The notes below the pieces were generated by a model that saw nothing but the letters and a program-made list of their open reading frames with translations, was not told where the DNA came from and did not search any database. Made by a program: the position numbers and the translations under genes. This document shows positions 9,137 to 17,170 of a DNA stretch of 64,000 nt, in pieces. Each line of letters begins with the position of its first letter. The first letter of the stretch is position 1. The DNA lies in contig OZ220090.1 of the NCBI GenBank assembly GCA_964291625.2, positions 704,001-768,000 of the forward strand, in the 5' to 3' direction. Source of the DNA: Candidatus Latescibacterota bacterium. GTDB taxonomy: Bacteria > Latescibacterota > UBA2968 > UBA8231.

Positions 9137-9175
9137 GATGCACATCAGTATACTATTCATATGTGCATCTGTCAA
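9137..9175 (-). promoter_or_regulatory. Sigma70 promoter with overlapping inverted-repeat operator (LexA-box-like)
   Basis: Minus strand TTGACA-N17-TATACT; GATGCACAT-N15-ATGTGCATC inverted repeat at 9137-9169. Confidence 0.75.
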
Positions 9176-9195
9176 CCTCTTGGAGCCGGGAGCTG

Positions 9196-10347
9196 TCACG
9201 CCCGTCGCGTCCCCACCTCCTCCAGCACCTCCAGAACCCTGTCGGCGTCGGCCGTGCCGTTGTAGACGTGGCCCGAGATGCGCACGCGGCCGTATTCCCC
9301 CCACACCAGGACTCCCCGCGCGGCGAGTCTCCGCGCCAGGGCCGCGGCATCCCCGTCCAGAAAGCAGGTATTGCCCGAGCGCGCCGGCCTCCGCGAGGGG
9401 CTGATCACGGTTCGCCCCAGGGACCTGAGTCCCGCGTCGATCGCTTCCGAGAGGTCGCGGGCATGCTCCTGGGCGGCCTCGACCCCGATCGCCTCGAGAT
9501 GGGACAGCGCCCTCTCCAGGAACATGATGACGACCATGGCCGGGTTCCCCGGCTCGAGGCGCTCGGGCATGGGCCGCACCGCCACCTCCGGGCTTCGAAC
9601 AGCTCCCTGCTCCGGCCACACGGCCAGGTTGCGCCAGCCGAAACAGCTGTCCCGGACCGCCTCGCCGGCGCGCTCGCTCAGGTAGCAGGGCGCGGTGCCG
9701 TGGGTGGCCAGCATCCACTTGTAGCTGCTGCTCACGCACAGGTCCGTCACCGCGGCGGGCACCCTCACGACTCCGGAGGCGTGGGTGGCGTCGACGGCCA
9801 GCAGGCACCCCGGGTGGGCGGTCAGCCCCCGCGCCAGGGCCTCGACATCCAGGTTCTGCCCCGTGTAGAAGCCCACCTGGCTCACGGCGAGGACGCGGGT
9901 CCTGTCGTCGACGGCGGCCAGCAGCTCCTCCTCCCCGACGTGCCAGTCCCGGTGCGGCACCATGCGCACCTCGACCCCCAGGCCGGCGATCTCCCGCCAG
10001 GCATACGCCACGGAGGGAAACTCGAGGTCGTCGGTGACGATGTTGTCGCCGGACCGCCAGGGCAGACCCCGGGCCAGCCAGCCCATGCCCTCGGCCGCCG
10101 AGGGCACGAAGGCCACGCGGTCCCTCGGGACCCCCCACAGGCGCGCCATCCGCCCGCGGCAGCTCTCCCCCCGGCGATAGATCTCCTCACGGCCTTCGAG
10201 GCCGCCGCTCTTGAGGCGGGCGAACTCGCCGTGGACCTCGTCAAACTCCTTTAGCCAGGGCGCCTCCCCTCCCGTACACAGGTGGGCGACCCCGTCGATT
10301 CCCGTGAACATCCCCGGGTCCAGCAGCGGCGCGATCTCGCGCGTCAT
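9196..10347 (-). CDS. Class V PLP-dependent aminotransferase-fold enzyme
   Basis: EFPS, AVDATH, SSYKW (PLP Lys), EPGNP, RISGHVYN; ATGA overlap with recG stop. Confidence 0.85.
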   Translation of the reverse strand: MTREIAPLLDPGMFTGIDGVAHLCTGGEAPWLKEFDEVHGEFARLKSGGLEGREEIYRRGESCRGRMARLWGVPRDRVAFVPSAAEGMGWLARGLPWRSGDNIVTDDLEFPSVAYAWREIAGLGVEVRMVPHRDWHVGEEELLAAVDDRTRVLAVSQVGFYTGQNLDVEALARGLTAHPGCLLAVDATHASGVVRVPAAVTDLCVSSSYKWMLATHGTAPCYLSERAGEAVRDSCFGWRNLAVWPEQGAVRSPEVAVRPMPERLEPGNPAMVVIMFLERALSHLEAIGVEAAQEHARDLSEAIDAGLRSLGRTVISPSRRPARSGNTCFLDGDAAALARRLAARGVLVWGEYGRVRISGHVYNGTADADRVLEVLEEVGTRRA

Positions 10348-12467
10348 GGCCACTCCCCTCCCTCGCCCTCCTCGTCGATGGCGATCCGGGCCTCGGCGCG
10401 CGCCGGCTCGAGGAGATCCTCGTCGCGCAGTAGATGGGCGACCCGAAGCTCCGGCATCCCCGCCTGCTTCGTGCCCATCACCTCTCCCGGCCCACGTAGT
10501 TCCAAATCCTTTCGTGCCAGTTCAAAACCATCCATGGTCTCACACAATGAATGAAGTCTGGCCCGGGCGCCTGCGTCATCCTCGCCGGGAGCGTGGTCCA
10601 CGAGGATGCAATAGGCCGCCGACGTTCCCCGGCCGACGCGGCCACGCAACTGGTGCAGCTGCGCCAGGCCGAAGCGCTCGGCGTGCTCCACCACCATCAC
10701 CGTGGCGTTCGGGACGTCGACCCCGACCTCGATGACCGTGGTCGCCACCAGGACGTCGATCTCCCCTTCGGCGAACCGGCTCATGATGCCGGTCTTGTCG
10801 TCGGCTGACAGCCGTCCGTGCAGGAGTTCCACCCGCAGCTCCTTCAACGGCCCCCGGGCCAGCTCCTCGAAGCCGGCCCGGGCGGAGTTGAGGTCGGAGC
10901 GCTCCGACTCCTCGATGACCGGATAGACCACGTAGGCCTGGCGCCCCTCCGCTACCTGGTCGACGAGGAAGGCGTGTATCCGTTCCCGGTGGGAGGGGTC
11001 CCGCCGGACGGTGCGCACCGCCTGGCGCCCCGGCGGCATCTCGTCGATGACCGAGACCGCCAGATCGCCGTAGAGAGTCATGGCGAGGGAGCGGGGAATC
11101 GGCGTGGCGGTCATGATCAGCAGGTCGATCCCCTCGCCCTTGGCCGACAGGCGGGTGCGCTGGGCGACGCCGAAGCGATGCTGCTCGTCGACCACGGCCA
11201 GCCCCAGCCGGGCGAAGGAGACCCCTTCCTCGATCAGGGCGTGGGTGCCGACGGCGATGCGGACGGCGCCGCTGGCGATCCCCGTCAGGAGCTCGCGGCG
11301 CACCACCGCCCGCTGGCCGCCCTTCAGGAGGACGATCCCCTCGACGCCGGCGGGCGAGGCGAGTCGGCGCAGGGTGTGGAAGTGCTGCTCGGCGAGGATC
11401 TCGGTGGGAGCCATGAGGGCGGTCTGGCAGCCGCTCTCCACGGCGGCCAGGGCGGCGCACAGGGCGACCAGGGTCTTGCCCGAACCCACGTCGCCGTGCA
11501 GGAGCCGGCGCATGGGGCGGGGCCGTGCCATGTCGGCGCCGATTTCGTCGATCACCCGCAGTTGCGCAGCCGTCGGCTCGAAGGGGATGGAGGCGAGGAG
11601 CCGGGGGACCAGCTCCCGGCTGGCGGGGATGGCAAGGCCCGGGCGTCCGGCCAGCTGCCGGCGACGGCGCTCGAGCTCGCGCTGGAGCAGGAACAGCTCC
11701 TCGAAGGCGAGCCGGCGGCGGGCCCGCTCCGCCGCCCCGAGGTCGGCGGGGAAGTGGGCGTCCTGCAGGGCCTGGCCGAGGCCCATGAGTCCCTGCCGCT
11801 CCTCCCCGCCCCCGGGCAGCTGCGTGCCCACGGAGGGCAGCGAGCGCGTCAGGGCATCGCGCATGAGACGCCGGAATCCGCGGCTGCCCAGGCCGCGCTC
11901 CTTCATCTCCGCGCTGGAGCCGTAGAGGGGGACGACGGTCCCCGTGTGCAGCAGTCCGGCCCGGGCGGTCTCGGCGTCGGAGAGGTGTTCGTACTCGGGG
12001 TGGCTCACCTGGCGCCGGCCGCGGTAGATCTCGATGCGGCCGCTGAGAGCGATCACGTCCCCGGCCTCGAAGGTGTGGTACCGGGCCCCCTGGAACCACA
12101 CGCACCGCAGGCTGCCGCTGCCGTCCTCGACCTCCACGCTGTGCGGGGGCGAGCGCCGGCCGCGGACGGGGGGCGGCGGCCGGGAGGCGGACCGGACGGT
12201 GCCGACGAGGGTGACCTCCTCGCCGATGGGGGCCCCGGCGATGGGGACGATCCGGCTGCGGTCGATGAACCGGCGGGGCAGCCGGGCGAGGAGATCGGCG
12301 GCCGTGGCCAGGCCCAGCTTGCGCAGGGCCCGGGCTCGCAGGCGGCCGATCCCCGGCACCTCCTCGATGGCGAGGCGCGCCGGTTCGCCGTCGAGGAGCG
12401 GCAGCGCCGGAGCGACCTCGACCGGCGCCTCCACGGGACCGGCGGGGGGTCTCTCACCGGCGGGCAT
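10344..12467 (-). CDS. recG: ATP-dependent DNA helicase RecG
   Basis: Wedge OB domain, LLHGDVGSGKT, MAPTEILAEQH, DEQHRFG, MTATPIPRSL, QLHQLRGRVGR, DLELRGPGE. Confidence 0.96.
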   Translation of the reverse strand: MPAGERPPAGPVEAPVEVAPALPLLDGEPARLAIEEVPGIGRLRARALRKLGLATAADLLARLPRRFIDRSRIVPIAGAPIGEEVTLVGTVRSASRPPPPVRGRRSPPHSVEVEDGSGSLRCVWFQGARYHTFEAGDVIALSGRIEIYRGRRQVSHPEYEHLSDAETARAGLLHTGTVVPLYGSSAEMKERGLGSRGFRRLMRDALTRSLPSVGTQLPGGGEERQGLMGLGQALQDAHFPADLGAAERARRRLAFEELFLLQRELERRRRQLAGRPGLAIPASRELVPRLLASIPFEPTAAQLRVIDEIGADMARPRPMRRLLHGDVGSGKTLVALCAALAAVESGCQTALMAPTEILAEQHFHTLRRLASPAGVEGIVLLKGGQRAVVRRELLTGIASGAVRIAVGTHALIEEGVSFARLGLAVVDEQHRFGVAQRTRLSAKGEGIDLLIMTATPIPRSLAMTLYGDLAVSVIDEMPPGRQAVRTVRRDPSHRERIHAFLVDQVAEGRQAYVVYPVIEESERSDLNSARAGFEELARGPLKELRVELLHGRLSADDKTGIMSRFAEGEIDVLVATTVIEVGVDVPNATVMVVEHAERFGLAQLHQLRGRVGRGTSAAYCILVDHAPGEDDAGARARLHSLCETMDGFELARKDLELRGPGEVMGTKQAGMPELRVAHLLRDEDLLEPARAEARIAIDEEGEGGEWP

Positions 12468-12569
12468 GGTGTCCGGCGTCGTCGATCATCCGCTCGACCT
12501 CCGCGGGAGAGCCCGGGGCCGAGTGTCCGGCAGCCGGTTGACGACCCGGGAGCCAACCCGGTAGACTTG

Positions 12570-13097
12570 ATGCCTCCCTCCCCCGGACTTCCCCACCGCC
12601 AGCGCGTTCCTGAACAGGTGCCCGAGCGCCCGTCGTTTTCCCACTTCCTGATCGGGGCGTCCGCCCTCGAGCGCCCCTCCTTCCTCTACGCCTACATCGT
12701 CACCTGGCTGCATCTGCTGGTCAGCGTGCCGATCCTCGTCTTCGGGAAGGAGGTCGCCCTCCTCGCCGCCCTGCCGCCGATGGCCATCAGCTCGGTGAGC
12801 CTCGGGGTCCTCCTGTACGGCCTGGCGGCGCGGAGACACGGGCTGCTGGTCAACCTCCTGCCCTACGCCGTCGGCCTGCGCCGCGCCCTCGACCCGGCCT
12901 CGCTGGACTATGTCTTCCTCCTCGTGGCCGTCGTCATCTCCCTCACCTCCGTCTACCTGGTGCTGGCCGACGAGTACCGGCGCTTCACCCGGGAGCAGGC
13001 CGGGGGTGAGCGCGGCCCTCCCCTCGGCGTCGCCCTCGGCACGGGCGCCGCGATCCTGCTGCTGCTGATCTACGGCATCCACCTCCCGCTCCGCTGA
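12570..13097 (+). CDS. Hypothetical integral membrane protein (about 5 TM)
   Basis: Hydrophobic C-terminal part of ORF 10818..13097 filling the gap between recG and mraY; start uncertain. Confidence 0.6.
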   Translation: MPPSPGLPHRQRVPEQVPERPSFSHFLIGASALERPSFLYAYIVTWLHLLVSVPILVFGKEVALLAALPPMAISSVSLGVLLYGLAARRHGLLVNLLPYAVGLRRALDPASLDYVFLLVAVVISLTSVYLVLADEYRRFTREQAGGERGPPLGVALGTGAAILLLLIYGIHLPLR

Positions 13098-13113
13098 TCC
13101 CCCTTCCGGCGCT

Positions 13114-14220
13114 TCAGCGGATCTTCAGGGTCGCCAGCCCCATGAGGGCGAGGATTCCGGCGATGATCCAGAAGCGGATGACGATCTTGGTGTCGGCCAG
13201 CCCGCAGGCCTGGAAGTGGTGGTGCACGGGAGCGCTCCGGAAGAACCGCCGGCCCAGCCAGCGGATGCCGATCTTCTCCTGGATCACCACCGAGAGGGCC
13301 TCGCCGACGAAGACGCCTCCGACGATCAGGAAGAGGAACTCCTGCTTCACCAGGACGACGACGGTCCCCAGGAGCCCGCCCAGGGCCATGGAGCCGGTGT
13401 CTCCCATGATGACGTTGGCCGGGTAGGAGTTGAACCAGAGGAAGCCGAGACAGGCGCCGAAGACGGTGCAGCAGATGATCGTGACCTCTCCGGCTCCCGG
13501 GGTGAAGGGGAAGATGAGGAAGTCGGAGATCTCGGCGTGACTGGCCACATAGGCGAAGACCCCGTACACGGCGACGGCGAAGGCGGCGGGCACCACGGCG
13601 AGCCCGTCGATGCCGTCGGCGATGTTCACGGAGTTGGCGATGGCCACGACGGTGAAGGCGATGAAGGGGACGTAGCCGATGCCGAGATCGATGACCGGGG
13701 TCTTGACGAAGGGCACGTAGAGCTTGGTGGCCAGCCCCCCGGGCATGGGCGACAGGGGCTCGATGACGAAGGCCAGGCCGAAGGCCAGCCCGAAGAGGGC
13801 CTGGAGGACGAGCTTGGCCGATTCCGAGAGCCCCCGGTCGCTCGTGCCGTGGCGGACCTTCAGGTGGTCGTCGAGGTAACCCAGCGCCCCGAACCAGATC
13901 ACCGCCGCCAGGGTCATGAGGACGAAGGTCTCGTGCAGGCGGCACCACAGCAGGCAGCCGCCGAGGACGGCGGCCACCAGCAGGGGACCGCCGTAGGTCT
14001 TGGTGGCGCGGGCCGTGGCCGGGGGGAAGTCGAAGCTGCGGCGCGTGTCCCGGCGGCCGCCGCGGTAGAGGGCGAGGATGACCCGGTCCCCGAAGAAGAT
14101 GGTGAGCAGCAGGGCGGTGATGGCCCCGCCGATGGCGCGGAAGCTGATCGAGTCGAGGAGGCGCATGAAGGACAGGGCCTCCACGCTCTCGTTCAGGTAG
14201 GTCCCGAGGTAGTAGAGCAC
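13114..14220 (-). CDS. mraY: Phospho-N-acetylmuramoyl-pentapeptide transferase
   Basis: GTG start giving MLYYL; GYLDDHLK, NSVNIADGIDGL, GFLWFN, MGDTGS, APVHHHF. Confidence 0.9.
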   Translation of the reverse strand: MLYYLGTYLNESVEALSFMRLLDSISFRAIGGAITALLLTIFFGDRVILALYRGGRRDTRRSFDFPPATARATKTYGGPLLVAAVLGGCLLWCRLHETFVLMTLAAVIWFGALGYLDDHLKVRHGTSDRGLSESAKLVLQALFGLAFGLAFVIEPLSPMPGGLATKLYVPFVKTPVIDLGIGYVPFIAFTVVAIANSVNIADGIDGLAVVPAAFAVAVYGVFAYVASHAEISDFLIFPFTPGAGEVTIICCTVFGACLGFLWFNSYPANVIMGDTGSMALGGLLGTVVVLVKQEFLFLIVGGVFVGEALSVVIQEKIGIRWLGRRFFRSAPVHHHFQACGLADTKIVIRFWIIAGILALMGLATLKIR

Positions 14221-14227
14221 GGCGGAT

Positions 14228-16300
14228 TCAGGAAGCGGCGGGGTCCATGCGCTCAAGCTCCCCGCTGTCGCGGTCCGGATCTCTCTCCAGGCCTTCGCGA
14301 ACCCGGCGGGACAGGGAGTCCAGGCTGTCCTTCAGGGGGAAGGCGGGCTCGAAGCTCGGTGACGTCGAGAGGATCTGCTCCACGTCGGCGGCCACGTCCC
14401 CGGCGTCCACGACCTGCCGTTCCAGCAGACCTTCCAGGGCGTGGACCGTCTCCTGGCGACAGTGCCAGTCCGGGTGCACGTAGAACCTGCGCAGGTCCGC
14501 CAAGCGCTCGGGGCGGCAGCCGACACGCCCCAGGGCCTGCAGGGAGGCGGCGACGACGGAGCTCGCACGGTCGTCGAGGGACCGGACGAGAGCCGCCTCC
14601 ACCTCCTCGTCCCCCGGGTCCGCCTGCTCGCCGAGGAGGCGGGCGGCGGCGACTCTCACCTCGAAGTAGGGATCCCTGGCGAGGGCTTCCAGGACCGCGG
14701 ACCGGGCCCGGGGTCCGGCCCGCCGCAGGCCGATCATGGAGAGGGGGAAGTCGATGGCGTTGCGCCTGAGGATGCCGGGATGCCGGTAGTCGCCGCCGAG
14801 GATACGCTGGAGCCGGCTGGTGGGCGAGCGGTCTTCGATCAGGGCGAGGACGAGAGGCAGGCGCTCCTCGTAGGCCAGCAGGCCCACCAGCTTGACCCCC
14901 ACGTTGCGGCGCCCGCAGGGGATCTCGTACCAGTCCTCCGAGGCCAGGTGCCGGTCCGCCTGATAGCGCAGGTAGGCGAGTTCCATCGGGCACAGGGCCT
15001 GCACGCCCCCCGCCTCCTCGAGGCGCCGGCGCACGTGGTGCAGGAGGCGGTTGGGGTCGGCCGGCACCCCGGGGGGCCCCGCCACGGGGTACTCCAGCTT
15101 CGGGACCGGAGGACGCCGGCCCTGTCTCAGGCCGTCGATCTCCCCGAGGATCGCCTCCAGGCTGTCCCGGCGCGGCGCCGAGGCGGCGGCGGCGGCCATC
15201 TGCCGACGCTCCTGCGGCCGGTCCAGGAGCTCGAGGACCGCGGCGGCGAGCCGGGACCCGCCGACCCCCATCTCGACGCGCTCCTCGCGCGGGCGCCAGC
15301 TCGCTTCCTCGAAGAGGACGCGGGCAGCCCCGGCCGCCTGAAGGGCCATGGCGTTGATCGCCTGGTGGTCCTCCGCCGCCGTCGACAGGGGCAGGATCAG
15401 CGCCGGCAGGCCGCAGACTCCGACCTCGGTGAGGGTGCTCATTCCGCCCCGGCATACCACGAGGTCGGCGGCGGCGTAGGCGGTCTCGATCTCCTCGATG
15501 TAGTCGAAGCGGCGGTACCAGTGGTCGTAGTTCTGGAGGCCGGTCTCCTCCAGGGCCCGGGAGGTCTCGGCCACGGGGTCGTAGCCCTCCGAGACGTGGG
15601 CTCCCGTGCCGTGAAGGACGATCAGTTCCTCCGCCCGGGAAGCCAGCAGCGGCAGGGCCTCGACGACGGCCCGGTTGATCGTCCTCGACCCCTGAGACCC
15701 TCCAAAGACGAAGAGGACCATCCGGTCCCCTTCGATGTTCCAGGCCGCCCGCGCTCCCTTTCGGTCGAGGCAGGTCAACTCGCGGCGCACCGGGAACCCG
15801 ACCACGGCCACCCGTTTCCTGTCGAACCAGCGCGCGGCCTGCTCGAAGACGAGGCCGATGCGGTCGGCGATGTGGCCCACGGCCTGGTTCAGCAACCCGG
15901 GATGGGCATTCGGCTCGTAGGCGAAGATCCGCGCCCGGCTGAGTCCGATCCTGCGCAGGAGACCGCTGGCGAACAGGATCGGGGCGCTCGCGAAGCCGCC
16001 GGTGGCGAAGACCACGTCGGGCCGGAAGCGCAGCAGAACCAGGATGCCCCCGGCGACGCCGGCGGCCAGGGTCAGGCCGAACCGTAGCAGGGGCAGGAGA
16101 CGCCGGGTCCTCGGGAAGGGCCTCGACGGCAACCGCTTGAGCGGGTAGCCCCGGCCGGGCACGACGCGCTCCTCCAGCCGGCCGCGGACGCCCACGTACA
16201 GGACCCGCGCCTCGGGTTGGCGGCGCCGGATCTCGTCGGCCACCGCCACTGCCGGGTAGACATGGCCGCCGGTACCACCGCCGGTGAACAGGTATCTCAC
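14228..16300 (-). CDS. murG: MurG glycosyltransferase with C-terminal HEAT-repeat-like extension (690 aa)
   Basis: TGGGTGGHVYP, TGGFAS, YEPN..PGLLN, GFPVR, GGSQGS, ADLVVCRGG, HQAINA; extra ~280 aa helical domain. Confidence 0.85.
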   Translation of the reverse strand: MRYLFTGGGTGGHVYPAVAVADEIRRRQPEARVLYVGVRGRLEERVVPGRGYPLKRLPSRPFPRTRRLLPLLRFGLTLAAGVAGGILVLLRFRPDVVFATGGFASAPILFASGLLRRIGLSRARIFAYEPNAHPGLLNQAVGHIADRIGLVFEQAARWFDRKRVAVVGFPVRRELTCLDRKGARAAWNIEGDRMVLFVFGGSQGSRTINRAVVEALPLLASRAEELIVLHGTGAHVSEGYDPVAETSRALEETGLQNYDHWYRRFDYIEEIETAYAAADLVVCRGGMSTLTEVGVCGLPALILPLSTAAEDHQAINAMALQAAGAARVLFEEASWRPREERVEMGVGGSRLAAAVLELLDRPQERRQMAAAAASAPRRDSLEAILGEIDGLRQGRRPPVPKLEYPVAGPPGVPADPNRLLHHVRRRLEEAGGVQALCPMELAYLRYQADRHLASEDWYEIPCGRRNVGVKLVGLLAYEERLPLVLALIEDRSPTSRLQRILGGDYRHPGILRRNAIDFPLSMIGLRRAGPRARSAVLEALARDPYFEVRVAAARLLGEQADPGDEEVEAALVRSLDDRASSVVAASLQALGRVGCRPERLADLRRFYVHPDWHCRQETVHALEGLLERQVVDAGDVAADVEQILSTSPSFEPAFPLKDSLDSLSRRVREGLERDPDRDSGELERMDPAAS

Positions 16301-16387
16301 GGACGGGCCGATCGATGGGTCGCCGCGAGGGGCCGCGCGAGCGACGATTGCTGGCCGGGGGAGCTGTCGGGGAGGGATCCTGTTTCC

Positions 16388-16416
16388 AGTATACGGACGG
16401 GGTCCGGGTCCGACAA
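16388..16416 (-). promoter_or_regulatory. Sigma70-type promoter for murG-mraY
   Basis: Minus strand TTGTCG-N17-TATACT in batE-murG spacer. Confidence 0.6.
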
Positions 16417-16429
16417 CTCCGGGAACCCC

Positions 16430-17170
16430 TCAGATCACGGTCACGAGCTCACCGGGCAGCCAGCCGCCGAGACCGTTGGCGAGGCGGACCAGGACCCACT
16501 CCCCCTCGCGGCGCTCCACGGTCACCTTGGTGCCCTCATGGACGACGAAGACGGGTGTCTGCCCCGGGTCGGGGCCGCTGCGCGCCTGACCGTCGGCGGC
16601 GGTGACCACCGCCTCGGAGAGAGTGACCTCCTGATAGAGGCGCGTGCCGGCGAAGGCTCCGGACCCCAGGGCTCCACCGAGGCAGAGGCCTAGGGCCACG
16701 ACCGCCGCGGCCCCGGGTCCGCGCACGAGGCGCCAGCCGGCGGCGGCGCACAGTCCGGCCAGGCTCACGGAGAGGGCCGCGAACAGCTCGTTCAGAGTCG
16801 GGGACAGGTAGAGCCGGTAGAGGAAGCCGCCATCCGCCTCCTCGCGGTCTCGCTTGACTCGGCGCAGGAAACGCAGGTTGGCCAGCACATCCTCGTCCCG
16901 GGGGGCCAGCCTCCGGGCGCGCTCGTACCAGACGACCGCCTCTCCGAGCCGGCCGTCCTTGAAGCAGGCGTTCCCGAGGTTGTAGAAAAGGCGGGCGTCG
17001 CGGACCCCGGTCCCGGCCGCGGCCAGGTAGCGCGTCCGGGCGGAGGCGAACTCCCCCCGCCGGTAGAGGTCGTTGCCCTCGGAGTACAAGCCCAGCGCGG
17101 CTGACTGGGCGGAAGCCCCTCCCGGCGCGAGAGCCAGCCACAGCGCGGCCGCGAGCAACGGCCCCCTCAT
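16430..17170 (-). CDS. batE: BatE-like TPR + SH3 protein
   Basis: TPR (LFYNLGNA, YERARRLAP), TM, C-terminal 'VHEGTKV...GWLP' SH3b. Confidence 0.8.
   Translation of the reverse strand: MRGPLLAAALWLALAPGGASAQSAALGLYSEGNDLYRRGEFASARTRYLAAAGTGVRDARLFYNLGNACFKDGRLGEAVVWYERARRLAPRDEDVLANLRFLRRVKRDREEADGGFLYRLYLSPTLNELFAALSVSLAGLCAAAGWRLVRGPGAAAVVALGLCLGGALGSGAFAGTRLYQEVTLSEAVVTAADGQARSGPDPGQTPVFVVHEGTKVTVERREGEWVLVRLANGLGGWLPGELVTVI

Noticed and set aside
8420-10138. 572-aa ORF looking like an SSB fusion
   Set aside because: Only the last 156 aa are SSB; the rest is an off-frame read through the PLP gene, promoter and HTH gene
10505-10522. CTGGCACG (sigma-54 -24 element) on the minus strand inside the recG low-GC patch
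   Set aside because: No TTGC -12 element at the required spacing
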